Below are positions 1-9,061 of a stretch of DNA of 52,228 nt, piece after piece. Numbering within the stretch: position 1 is the first letter of the stretch; each line of letters opens with the position of its first letter. Made by a program: the position numbers and the translations under genes. A model generated the notes under the pieces. The model was not told where the DNA came from, searched no databases, and was given only the letters and a program-made list of their open reading frames with translations. The DNA is from Sphingomonadales bacterium. GTDB lineage: Bacteria > Pseudomonadota > Alphaproteobacteria > Sphingomonadales > JAKSBY01. The DNA is taken from contig JAKSBY010000477.1 of the NCBI GenBank assembly GCA_022360855.1, forward strand, positions 1-52,228, written 5' to 3'.

Positions 1-1
1 G

Positions 2-184
2 GCGGAGACCCTGGCACCCTTGCTGCCAGGGCGGAAACAGGCCAGCTCGATGGCGATGGCCTATTCCATCGTCGGCGTGCTGCAAGGCCTGGCGCAATAC
101 ATCGCCCACGCGGAAGACCCCACCGCCGCCCGAAACTCCGCGAACGGCGTCTTCGGCAAGGTCCTTGAGGGCCTGAAGAATTGA
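2..184 (+). CDS. 3' end of a CDS entering from upstream of the window; product unknown (possibly the helical C-terminal part of a TetR-like regulator)
   Basis: Frame 2 is open from the window edge to TGA at 182-184: AETLAPLLPGRKQASSMAMAYSIVGVLQGLAQYIAHAEDPTAARNSANGVFGKVLEGLKN*. No diagnostic motif. It is absent from the ORF track because it has no in-window start. Confidence 0.3.
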   Translation, partial: AETLAPLLPGRKQASSMAMAYSIVGVLQGLAQYIAHAEDPTAARNSANGVFGKVLEGLKN

Positions 185-299
185 GGGCCCATCTCGGTGC
201 CCTTGGTGGAGGCCTACAATTGCGGCAAGACCTAAAGCGGTTAGCGTTTGATCTGATTCGTCATCGCTGATTCAACACAGGTGTAAACCGCTTTATAAT

Positions 300-832
300 C
301 TAATCATCCAAAGGCTTGTTTGCGGTCTCCACGCCGACGACGGTGACCGCCGTTGCGACGCTCAAAAGACAGAATGTCAGGAAGTACGTCCCGCCCATCG
401 CGCCAAAATTCGCGATCAAGGCCGCCATGACAAAAGGCAGCAGGATCGTTCCGACCCTGGACGTGGCCCGCGATCGAACTGCCTTCGGCGCGCACGGCGG
501 TCGGGAACAGCTCAGGCAGGTAAATTGCCAGGATGATGGTGCACAGGAGCGACATGCACAAAAGCAAAGCCGACAACGATGGCGACCTCACTTCCCACCG
601 TTGATGCGAAAACGAGAGACATGAAGGCCGCTATAAGGGCTACGGAAACGATGGCGCGGCGCCGCCCCCAACGCCCTGCCACGAAAATGCCGATTGCCGC
701 GCCCAACGGAGAACCGGTCGCAATGAGGAGGTTTTGTCCCATCGACATTGACACCGAAAGCCCTTCCGACAAGAGCATTGTCGGCAACCAGGTAATGAAG
801 CCATAAATGGCCATATCGTCGGCGCCGGGCAC
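300..832 (-). pseudogene. MFS transporter remnant: C-terminal half only, broken by two frameshifts
   Basis: Three minus-strand frames must be joined. First: ..AIYGFITWLPTMLLSEGLSV..GRWGRRRAIV..AIVVGFAF (ORF 512-832). Second: LLCTIILAIYLPELFPTAVRAEGSSIA (inside ORF 304-591). Third, my own translation: ATSRVGTILLPFVMAALIANFGAMGGTYFLTFCLLSVATAVTVVGVETANKPLDD*, with TAG at 300-302. The GRxGRR and YLPELFPTxVRAxG motifs are MFS C-half signatures. There is no room for an N-terminal half before the GST gene end at 1071. Confidence 0.7.
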
Positions 833-1070
833 GGGGTCGCTCTGGCGTCCGAAATGTCTATTCCGGAGAAAATCTCGGGCGCCTCGATTCTTCGAATAAA
901 AGATACGGGCTCATTTGTGGTGCTGGGACTTGCCTACAATCCGTCAAATCCAAGCTTGCGGATGATCGAAGCCTTGATTCAGGAGGCCGATCACGCATTC
1001 AATGTCGGGCCCAAATCGAAGTTGCGGTCTGCTTCCGACTGACGCGCACAAGCCATCCCTTGCCACTGAG

Positions 1071-1667
1071 CTAGATGTGCCTGTCCAAAGCGGCCCCGAC
1101 CGCCTTTCGCTCCTGCATGCGCGTCTTGAATTCGAACAGGCGCGGATAGTTTTTGATATCGACATCCAGAAGATGCAAACCGCGAAGCACGGCGAACAGA
1201 TACAGATCCGCCACGGAATAGCAGTTATCAACCAGGAAATCGGCGCCCGCTAACGCATCGTTTGCGAGGGAAAACCGCTGCCAAATCCGGTCTCCGATTT
1301 CGCTTTTTGCATCATCGTCGATACCCCAGAAAAGCAACGTGAAGAATTTATGTATCTCCGATGCAAAATACGACATCCATTCGTAAGTGCGGTATCGCGC
1401 CATGGTGCCGGGTTCCGCGATGAGGCGCCCTTCCGGCTTCAGATCTGCAATATAGGTCAGAATGACCGAGGTTTCCGTCAGGGTTGAACCGTCATCGAGT
1501 TCCAAAACAGGCATGCACCGCTTCGCGCTGACGGTCTCGAACGGTGCGCCGGCAGCGGTCTTCCAATCCTCCGGGTCAATCCTCTCCAGCGCCAGATCGA
1601 GCCCCAACTCTTCCGCGGCGATCAGCGGCGCAATCGACGTCATGGGAGGAAAATAGTAGAGTTTCAC
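1071..1667 (-). CDS. Glutathione S-transferase family protein
   Basis: 198-aa ORF with a GTG start preceded by GGGAGAAA. The N-terminus MKLYYFPPMTSIAPLIAAEELGLDL..MPVLELDDGSTLTETSVILTYIAD resembles the thioredoxin-like GST N-domain. A helical C-domain follows. Confidence 0.85.
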   Translation of the reverse strand: MKLYYFPPMTSIAPLIAAEELGLDLALERIDPEDWKTAAGAPFETVSAKRCMPVLELDDGSTLTETSVILTYIADLKPEGRLIAEPGTMARYRTYEWMSYFASEIHKFFTLLFWGIDDDAKSEIGDRIWQRFSLANDALAGADFLVDNCYSVADLYLFAVLRGLHLLDVDIKNYPRLFEFKTRMQERKAVGAALDRHI

Positions 1668-1682
1668 GGTGCGTTTCTCCCG

Positions 1683-2282
1683 TCAAATGGCGGTTGCACC
1701 ACCGTCGACGGCGAGGATCTGACCCGTAATGTGCCCACCCGCGTCAGAGACCAGGAGCAAGGCGGCTCCTTTCAAATCCTGATCGCCCCCGAGCTTGCCC
1801 AAGGGGATGTTGTCAAGGATGCGCGCGCCGGACTGATCCAGGATCACCTTTGCCATTTTTGACGGGAAATGGCCGGGCGCGAGCGCGTTCACCCTGATCC
1901 CGCGCGGCCCCCACTCCGCCGCGAGCGCGCGCGTGAAGTTTACGACACCGCCTTTTGCCGTGTTGTAGGCGATCGTCCCCGGCAATTCGTGATGATGCCC
2001 GCCAAGCCCCTCTATGGAAGCGATGTTCAGAATTGCGCCTTTTCCATGCGGCAGAAAACACCGTCGCGCGGCCGCCTGAGACAACAGGAACATAGCGGTT
2101 ACGTTCAGGTCGATAACTTTGCGCCACCCGTCGAGGGGATGATCTTCCGCCGGCGCCCCCCAGCTCGCACCGGCATTGTTGACCAGGATATCGAGGCCGC
2201 CATGCCGCGCGATCACTTCCTTTATGAGCACGTCCGCCGCTTCCGGATCGGCAAGACTGGCGGGAATGAAGTCGGCGCTCAC
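1683..2282 (-). pseudogene. Short-chain dehydrogenase/reductase lacking its N-terminal dinucleotide-binding segment
   Basis: It has LDILVNNAG, the catalytic YNTAKGG (YxxxK) and a C-terminal GQILAVDGG. The roughly 55 N-terminal residues carrying TGxxxGxG are absent. The frame opens only at GTG 2282, overlapping the stop of the upstream gene (GTGA). Confidence 0.65.
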
Positions 2283-3205
2283 GCCGCCAGCATGACAAGC
2301 GCAATACCCGTTCCCATTGTGCCGGCGCCGACAACGGCTATGCTGCGAAACTCCTGCGGATCGATTTCTTTTGGCAGCCCCGGGATACGCGAAACGACAC
2401 GTTCGCCGAAAAACGCGTGGCGCAGACCGAGCGATGCTTCCGACGCCATAAGCCTCTCAAACAATCGTCTTTCGATCACGCAGCCTTCATCGAACGACAA
2501 CCTCGCGGCCTCGACACATTCGACAATGCATCTCGCCGCCTCGCTTCTTTTGAGAATTTTTGCGTGCTTTGCTTTTGCGGCCTCGATTTCGGCCGCTGCT
2601 TCGTCTGCCAAAGGCCTTTCGTCCGGGCGTTGCGGCCCGCGCGCAGCCAAGGACCGCGCCGCGGCTAACGGATCTCCATCAACAACCACATCGACAAGGC
2701 CACAGTCACGCGCCTCCCGCGCGCTTATCTGATCGCCGCCGATCATGAGATCGATCGCCGCCGTCGCACCGATCAGCCTCGGCAGCCATTGTGTTCCTCC
2801 ACCGCCCGGCAGCAGGCCCAACGTTACCTCCGGCAACCCGAGTTTGGTAGAGGAATCGCAAAGACGATAGTGCCCTGCGAGCGCCAGTTCCAAGCCGCCG
2901 CCAAGCGCAACGCCGTGCATCGCCATAACGACGGGTTTCGACGCGCTAGAGATCAGGTCATTCAGCGCGCGAGTCTGATCGAGCTTCGCGGGATCACCGT
3001 CGAAATCCGCAATGTCGGCCCCAGCCGAAAAGCACCGCCCCTCCCCCTTCACCACGATCATCTCGACGGAAGGATCGGCAAGTGCGCTTCTGATTGCTTC
3101 CGTCAGTGCGGCGACGACGCCCTGTTGAACAGACAGGGCGTTGACCGGCGGATTTTCTATCGACGCGACCAAAGCGCCGTCAATGACACGGCTTGATACA
3201 GACAT
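2279..3205 (-). CDS. Enoyl-CoA hydratase domain protein; truncated FadB/FadJ-type bifunctional enzyme (3-hydroxyacyl-CoA dehydrogenase half missing)
   Basis: Crotonase motifs GEGRCFSAGADI and HGVALGGGLELALAGHYR are present. After about 285 aa the dehydrogenase Rossmann loop begins (IAVVGAGTMGTGIA), and the frame stops 6 codons later (..LVMLAA*). Confidence 0.7.
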   Translation of the reverse strand: MSVSSRVIDGALVASIENPPVNALSVQQGVVAALTEAIRSALADPSVEMIVVKGEGRCFSAGADIADFDGDPAKLDQTRALNDLISSASKPVVMAMHGVALGGGLELALAGHYRLCDSSTKLGLPEVTLGLLPGGGGTQWLPRLIGATAAIDLMIGGDQISAREARDCGLVDVVVDGDPLAAARSLAARGPQRPDERPLADEAAAEIEAAKAKHAKILKRSEAARCIVECVEAARLSFDEGCVIERRLFERLMASEASLGLRHAFFGERVVSRIPGLPKEIDPQEFRSIAVVGAGTMGTGIALVMLAA

Positions 3206-3229
3206 GAACGAAGCGCCCGACCGCTCGCG

Positions 3230-3988
3230 CTAAGCAGACCAGCCGTCATCGACCGCGATAACCGCGCCGTGGACGCCAACCGAATCTTCGCTCGCCAGGA
3301 AAGCTGCGGCGCCCGCGATGTCGTCCACATCCATAAAAGAGCGCCCGGTCGGCGTATTGTCGCTCATCAGCTTCATATAGTCTTCGTTCCCGGGCCCACG
3401 CAGATGCGCATTGATCGGCGTCGCGACATTACCCGGCGCGATGGCGTTGACGTTGATGTTCTCCTTGGCGAGCTCGGCGGCCAAGGCCCGCGTTAGGAGT
3501 GCGACGCCCCCCTTCGACGCACAGTAGGCGGGGCAGTTCGGGAAGGCCCCGATACCGGCGATCGAGCTCATGTTGATGACTTTTCCGCCACCCTGCTTTC
3601 GAAATATGGGCAGGGCCGTCTGGGTGCAGAAAAATACGCCCTTTAGATTGAGATCAATCTGCTGATCCCAGATTTCTTCGGTCGTTTCGGAGACGGGAAC
3701 CGTTTTGAACGTGCCGGCGTTATTGACGAGAATATCGATCCGGCCGAGCGTTTTTTCGATTTCCTGCATGAACCGGCGGATGTCGGACACGTTTGCGCAA
3801 TCGCCCTTGACGGCAATCGCTTTGCCGCCGTCGGATTCGATGTTCCGGACAACCTCATTCGCCGCAGCGTCATTGCGACTGTACACGATGGCGACGGTTG
3901 CGCCTTCCGCCGCATAGCGGTGCGCGATCGCCTCGCCTATCCCTTGAGATCCGCCGGTGACGACCGCCACTTTATCCTTTAGTCTCAT
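3230..3988 (-). CDS. SDR family oxidoreductase (3-oxoacyl-ACP reductase / glucose 1-dehydrogenase-like)
   Basis: 252 aa with TGGSQGIGEAIA, NNAG and YCASKGG (YxxxK). It lies 11 nt downstream of the hyuB-like gene. Confidence 0.9.
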   Translation of the reverse strand: MRLKDKVAVVTGGSQGIGEAIAHRYAAEGATVAIVYSRNDAAANEVVRNIESDGGKAIAVKGDCANVSDIRRFMQEIEKTLGRIDILVNNAGTFKTVPVSETTEEIWDQQIDLNLKGVFFCTQTALPIFRKQGGGKVINMSSIAGIGAFPNCPAYCASKGGVALLTRALAAELAKENINVNAIAPGNVATPINAHLRGPGNEDYMKLMSDNTPTGRSFMDVDDIAGAAAFLASEDSVGVHGAVIAVDDGWSA

Positions 3989-3999
3989 AAAAACCCTCC

Positions 4000-5712
4000 T
4001 TATGCACCGATCTCGACGCCGTAGACCGTCGCCGCACGCTCGCGGCTGACCCAGCCTTCCTCGACGTCGCGTATTACTTTTTCCCGGTCGCGCTCGCGCG
4101 GGTCGCCATATCCGCCGCCGCCGCAGGTAACGGCGACAACGGATTCTCCGCCTTTCAACCGAAGCACGCTGACTTGATCGACGGCTTGCTCCTCGCCGTC
4201 TACGGAGCGTTTATATTGTCGCGACGCTCCGCCGGCGCCGCCGCCGCGCACGCCCAGCGGCGCGTTGACCGTGCCGTCGCTCACGAATGCAACATCCACC
4301 TCACAGCCCACCGGGCCGAATTCGACTTCAAGGCTCGGCGCGCCGCGCAGCCTGCCCGCGCCTTCGGTATCTGGAAGCAATTTTCTGCTCATCACCCGGA
4401 TCGGCTGACACAATTCATCAAGCTCCACGCTGTCGATGAAGCAAAGCCCGCCATTGCCCGCATGGAGATAAGTCATCCAGGCGTCATTATGCGCCGTGGC
4501 CCCGCCGCCGGTTCCCCCCAGAAACAACTGGTTGATAAACGCCTTGCCGGTGCGCGGATCATGGCCGGACACGACCCCGCTCGAAGGCGAAAGCCCTGCG
4601 CCGACTTCCGCCATACCAATGCCCTCGGCAAGCGCGGCCAATGCGGCCTGCGTTGCCGCGCACACTCTGTCGGCGACATTGGTCGTTGCGGCGGAGCAAC
4701 TGGTGGGGTGATCGGGAATTCCGGCGATACACCCCTTACGCAGCAAGACTTCGACGCGCCGAAAGGCGCCTGCATTTTTGGGGACGCGATGGTCAATCGA
4801 ATTGAAAACGCCGATCAACGCGCTTGTGCGTGCGCAGGCTTCGCTGAGATTGAGCCCACAGGGAAGACAGTCCGGATTGTCGCGAAGGTCCACCATGATC
4901 CGGCCCTCCTTCGCGTCGACGTCGACTTCCGATTTGATAACGACGCCCTGTTCCGGTGTGCCGGGAATATGGTCATGAATGCTTGTCGCGAGGCTCGTTC
5001 CGGACGGTATCTCCGCAATCGCATCGATCATGCGCCTTTCGCTGTAATCGAGCCATTGCCTGACAAAAGCGTCGAGCTCGTCCCAGCCGATTTCTGCCGC
5101 CAATTGGAGGATTTCGCGCTCGCCGATACGAGCGGCGCCGAGCATCGCGAGAAAATCGCCCTTCCACTGCTCCGGCACGCGGATGCGCATTTCGCACATG
5201 CGCACGATGTCATCCTGCGTCTTGTAGTTTCCCTGGATCTTCACGGCAGGGAAAATCAGCGCGCCTTCCTCGTAAACGTCTTTCGCCGTGCCGTGATAGG
5301 TCGTCGGCAAGGAGTTTCCGATATCGGCCTGGTGCGCTTTGGCGACTACGGTGAAACGATGCGTGCCCTGATCGTCGATGACCGGCGCCAGAATCGTGTG
5401 GTCGGCGGGATGCGAACATCCGTGATACGGGGAATTGTGCAGGAAGGCGTCGCCGCGCCGTAATTCGGGATGAAAATCCAGCATGGACCGCGCCATCAGG
5501 TCCGGACCCGACAAAACATGAATCGGCAGGCTTTCCGCCGCCGCCAATAACTGACAGTCCGCCGTCACGATACAGGCCGAAAAGTCACGCGCGCGATTGA
5601 GCACGCCCGACCGGCCCGCCCGCAGCAGCGTATTCGCCATATTTCGCGCAACCCCCTCGAAGCGGTTGTTCAAAATGGCGAGCTGCGCACCGTCAAGGAC
5701 GTGTTCGGTCAT
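4000..5712 (-). CDS. Hydantoinase B / oxoprolinase family protein (HyuB-like), pair 1
   Basis: 570 aa with family-typical sequence along its whole length (LAILNNRFEGVARNMANTLLRAGRSGVLN.., SPYHGCSHPADH, GGGGYGDP near the C-terminus). There is an ATGA start/stop overlap with the upstream hyuA-like gene. Confidence 0.9.
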   Translation of the reverse strand: MTEHVLDGAQLAILNNRFEGVARNMANTLLRAGRSGVLNRARDFSACIVTADCQLLAAAESLPIHVLSGPDLMARSMLDFHPELRRGDAFLHNSPYHGCSHPADHTILAPVIDDQGTHRFTVVAKAHQADIGNSLPTTYHGTAKDVYEEGALIFPAVKIQGNYKTQDDIVRMCEMRIRVPEQWKGDFLAMLGAARIGEREILQLAAEIGWDELDAFVRQWLDYSERRMIDAIAEIPSGTSLATSIHDHIPGTPEQGVVIKSEVDVDAKEGRIMVDLRDNPDCLPCGLNLSEACARTSALIGVFNSIDHRVPKNAGAFRRVEVLLRKGCIAGIPDHPTSCSAATTNVADRVCAATQAALAALAEGIGMAEVGAGLSPSSGVVSGHDPRTGKAFINQLFLGGTGGGATAHNDAWMTYLHAGNGGLCFIDSVELDELCQPIRVMSRKLLPDTEGAGRLRGAPSLEVEFGPVGCEVDVAFVSDGTVNAPLGVRGGGAGGASRQYKRSVDGEEQAVDQVSVLRLKGGESVVAVTCGGGGYGDPRERDREKVIRDVEEGWVSRERAATVYGVEIGA

Positions 5713-7793
5713 GCCGCGGCCTTTCGTTCCATCAGGTCGATGACCAGACTACCGTCCTCGCGCCGCCAAAACGTCGACGCCTCGTCAACCAAAACGGTCG
5801 TAAAAGGCGACTCGACAACCGCCGGACCCGAATGGCGCTCCTCGGTTGTCATGGCAGCGAAGGAGACGACCTCTGCGGAGCATGCGCCCACTCCGGGGAG
5901 CCAGATGCTTCTCTCGCTCTTTCGTTCCGCGTCGTCCGTTTGCGCGGGAAGGCGGCCGATTATGTGATCATGCACGCGGCAGCTTGCGCGCACCGACCAG
6001 CCAATTATCTCGACGGCCGAGTGTTCATCGCGGAAACCGAAAATCCGTTCATGAGACCGATGCATCGCACCGACAAGCTCGGAAATCTGTTCCCCGCTCT
6101 CGAATAGTTCAAAGGCCAGAGGAACTTCGATTTCCCACACCTGTTGCTCGTAGCGCGCTTCGATCGAGTATTGGATGGCGGGATGATGGATGTCCGTTCC
6201 CACCCCATCCAGAAACGCATTGGCCTTCTCTTTGAGACGCGACAGGATGGCATTGGCTTCGTCCAGGTCGAAATCCCCTGTCGTCATGTACTCGACCGCC
6301 CGGTAATCTGCGGCGAGCTCGGACATGAGCGCTCCGGCAGCGCTGAGCGCCGGGCCCAATTCGGGAATGACGAGTCTCGGAATGCCGAGCCGGCGCGCGA
6401 TGAATATCGAATTCAGCCCCGCGGCGCCGCCACCGCCGATCAAGACCGCCTTGCGCGGATCGATGCCCTGGTTAACCGTTATATCCGCGATGGCTTGCAC
6501 CATGTTTTCGGTGGCCAATCTGACGACTGACAGCGCCGCGTCCTCAACGCTCATTGCCAGCGGATTGGCGATCTTCTCTTCGATACCGCGCCGCGCGCCA
6601 TCGAGATCGAGAGACATGGTTCCGCCGAGAAAATAGTTCGGATCGAGATATCCAAGAACGACGCAGGCGTCGCTCAAGGTGGGCTCCGTCCCGCCGCGCC
6701 GATAGCATATCGGTCCGGGATCCGCGCCGGCGCTTTTGGGGCCGACACGGAGCAATCCGCCGCTGTCGACTTGCGCGATACTGCCGCCGCCGGCGCCGAC
6801 ACTTTGTACGTCAACCGACGGAAATCCCGTTAGATGGCCGCGAAACGGCGCGCCGATCCATGCGTCCCGCGTCAACGGAATACGACCATCGCGCACCAGG
6901 CTGACGTCGTAGGTGGTGCCGCCCGTATCCGCAACGATAACGTCGGCATCCGGCATCGCCCTGCCGCTGAAATGCTTGCCCGCAATCGGCGCCAGGGACG
7001 GCCCGGAATTGATGGCGCGAATGGGCGCGGCCGCGATCTCGTCTGCATCGACCATGCCGCCTTGCGAGGTGAGTACAAGCAGACGCCCGTCGAAGCCTGC
7101 CTCATTGAGCCGCGACGAAAGGGATCCGAGATAGGCCCCCATCAATGGCTTTAAGGAGGCGTCGATCGCCGTCGCCGATGCCCGGCGAAACTCGCGGATC
7201 GTCGGATTCAAGACATGCGACAAAGTGTAGGGCGTGCCCGGCAGATGCTGCTCGATCAGTTCTCCTATCCTGAGCTCGTGCTCCGGATTCGCGACCGACC
7301 ACAACAAGCACACCGCCACGGCCTCAATATGTTCGCGACGCATCGCCGCACATATGTCGATGACGGTTGCGTCATCGAGGGGCGTGATAATCCTGCCTTC
7401 GGCGTCGATGCGCTCCGGTATCTCGTAGGTCAATGAACGGGGGACATACGGATCGGGATACGCAATCGTAAAATTAAACGGCTCCTGGCGCCCGCCTTCA
7501 CGCAAAACCAGCACGTCGGGATGACCTTCGGTAGTCAAAAAAGCGGTCTTCGCCGTCTTTTTTGTGATGACCGCGTTGATCGCGTGGGTCGTGCCGTGAA
7601 TGAATGTATCGACGCCGGCCAGGAACGCGCCGACCGATAAGCCTCGCGCCTCCGCCGCAAGCCTCGTCGCTTCGATAACACCGATGACGGGATCGTCGGG
7701 CGTTGTCGACGCCTTGAACATGTCGAGGTTGCCGGTGTCGTCCTCGACAATCAGGTCGGTAAACGTCCCGCCGGTATCGCAGGCGATTCTCAT
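5709..7793 (-). CDS. Hydantoinase A / oxoprolinase family protein (HyuA-like), pair 1
   Basis: The ORF-track frame extends to 7898. ATG 7793 gives the canonical N-terminus MRIACDTGGTFTDL (DxGGTFTD phosphate-binding loop) and sits 13 nt after the upstream stop. 694 aa. Confidence 0.9.
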   Translation of the reverse strand: MRIACDTGGTFTDLIVEDDTGNLDMFKASTTPDDPVIGVIEATRLAAEARGLSVGAFLAGVDTFIHGTTHAINAVITKKTAKTAFLTTEGHPDVLVLREGGRQEPFNFTIAYPDPYVPRSLTYEIPERIDAEGRIITPLDDATVIDICAAMRREHIEAVAVCLLWSVANPEHELRIGELIEQHLPGTPYTLSHVLNPTIREFRRASATAIDASLKPLMGAYLGSLSSRLNEAGFDGRLLVLTSQGGMVDADEIAAAPIRAINSGPSLAPIAGKHFSGRAMPDADVIVADTGGTTYDVSLVRDGRIPLTRDAWIGAPFRGHLTGFPSVDVQSVGAGGGSIAQVDSGGLLRVGPKSAGADPGPICYRRGGTEPTLSDACVVLGYLDPNYFLGGTMSLDLDGARRGIEEKIANPLAMSVEDAALSVVRLATENMVQAIADITVNQGIDPRKAVLIGGGGAAGLNSIFIARRLGIPRLVIPELGPALSAAGALMSELAADYRAVEYMTTGDFDLDEANAILSRLKEKANAFLDGVGTDIHHPAIQYSIEARYEQQVWEIEVPLAFELFESGEQISELVGAMHRSHERIFGFRDEHSAVEIIGWSVRASCRVHDHIIGRLPAQTDDAERKSERSIWLPGVGACSAEVVSFAAMTTEERHSGPAVVESPFTTVLVDEASTFWRREDGSLVIDLMERKAAA

Positions 7794-7806
7794 CGGCTCG
7801 TCCGCC

Positions 7807-9042
7807 CTAATTGCAAGGCTGGCGCAACGGCTGAGGGAGCGCGGACTGATCGATACCGAGCTTATCCGCAAGCCAGTCGCAGATATATTCCTGGCCAATG
7901 GTCGGATTATCGACCTGACAGTGCGCGGCGCCCGTTTCTTCGGTTGTGAAGACCTTGAAGGTTACGTCGAGCCCATGCTTCTGAGAGTATTCGTAGGATT
8001 CAACCGCAAACTGGAAACCGGCAAAATCGCACTCGCCTTCAACGATCAGGAAGGGACACCGGATTTGATGTTGGACTTCGTCCAGCCGAAACTCTTTGCT
8101 CTTTTCCAGCACCGCATCGAAACTATCGACGCCCAGCACCCATTTCAGGTGTCTGCTGGCGATGCGGTCCGCCGTATACTTGCCGTCCACAAGCGTCCGA
8201 TACAGATCGAACATGACACCGTCGCTCACAAGCGCCTTTAAGCGATGCTCGAACGCGGCCGCCCGCGGCGCGTAGTAACCGCCGAGACTCGAGCCATAAA
8301 GAGCGATGCGATCAGGATCCACATCATCGCGAGCCTGAAGGTAATCCACACAGGCACCGACCGGGACTTCCGTATCGACGCGGGCAGCCAATCTACGGCG
8401 GCGCAGGGTCGCTCCCTGCCCCGGCAGATCGACAAGCAGCAGGGATATGCCGCGTGGGAAGGCGTGTTTCGGCATTTCGTGGAGGAGCTCGTCCTTGAAC
8501 TCGTCGAGACCGCCGAAACAGATCACGACTGGGGCGCGTGCCTCAGAATATGGCGCGCGCAGAAAATAGGCGTCCATATAATCGTCATTATCGAAGGGCA
8601 CCTTTACAACCTCGCCTGCGGGCTCAAGGCGCTCCATATATTCTCGCGAACAGGCCTCCATCTTATCGAGCAGCTGCAGGCGGCGCTCGTCGTCGTGATC
8701 GAGGAAAAACTCGGCGGAACGATAGTAATTGGCCGCGCGCAGCCAATTCATCTTTGCCGTCGTCACATAGTTGGACGCGATTGCGTCCTTGGCCCGTTTG
8801 AGGTTTACGTCGCCGAGACGCGTCCACTCCCGATACCATGACTCATCATCGCCCGGCGTGATCCGCGCGCCGGCCTGAAAGCACTCACTGATGGTGCTTG
8901 CGCCTTCCTGAGCTGCGCCCAATGCACGCATGAATTGAAACGAGTAATCCGGATTGTCCGGCCATTGCATCCAACCGACGGGCTGGTATTCGCCTACCGG
9001 CTTCGTGGTGGCGTAGTTGGATGCTTCGGAAACGGTAGTCAT
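7807..9042 (-). CDS. Alpha/beta hydrolase with helical N-domain (FrsA / dihydropseudooxynicotine-hydrolase-like)
   Basis: ATG 9042 (MTTVSEASNY..) is preceded by GAGGGGGTGAG; the ORF-track start at 9165 is rejected. 411 aa. Nucleophile elbow GSSLGG in ..RIALYGSSLGGYYAP... The block PVVICFGGLDEFKDEL..LLLVDLPGQG resembles the FrsA-type core. Confidence 0.8.
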   Translation of the reverse strand: MTTVSEASNYATTKPVGEYQPVGWMQWPDNPDYSFQFMRALGAAQEGASTISECFQAGARITPGDDESWYREWTRLGDVNLKRAKDAIASNYVTTAKMNWLRAANYYRSAEFFLDHDDERRLQLLDKMEACSREYMERLEPAGEVVKVPFDNDDYMDAYFLRAPYSEARAPVVICFGGLDEFKDELLHEMPKHAFPRGISLLLVDLPGQGATLRRRRLAARVDTEVPVGACVDYLQARDDVDPDRIALYGSSLGGYYAPRAAAFEHRLKALVSDGVMFDLYRTLVDGKYTADRIASRHLKWVLGVDSFDAVLEKSKEFRLDEVQHQIRCPFLIVEGECDFAGFQFAVESYEYSQKHGLDVTFKVFTTEETGAAHCQVDNPTIGQEYICDWLADKLGIDQSALPQPLRQPCN

Positions 9043-9061
9043 AACACTCACCCCCTCGAGT

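Noticed and set aside
233-295. 10-bp inverted repeat TAAAGCGGTT (233-242) / AACCGCTTTA (286-295) between two convergent gene ends; I considered a bidirectional terminator or an IS end.
   Set aside because: The 43-nt loop is too long for an intrinsic terminator, no T-tracts flank the stem, and no transposase or second repeat copy is present. A single 10-bp pair may be coincidental.
854-1042. 62-aa plus-strand ORF in the gap between the MFS remnant and the GST gene, and similar short ORFs at 42302-42496 and 50095-50406.
   Set aside because: They have no recognisable motifs or ribosome-binding sites, and they lie in segments that look like deletion scars. They are most likely chance ORFs.
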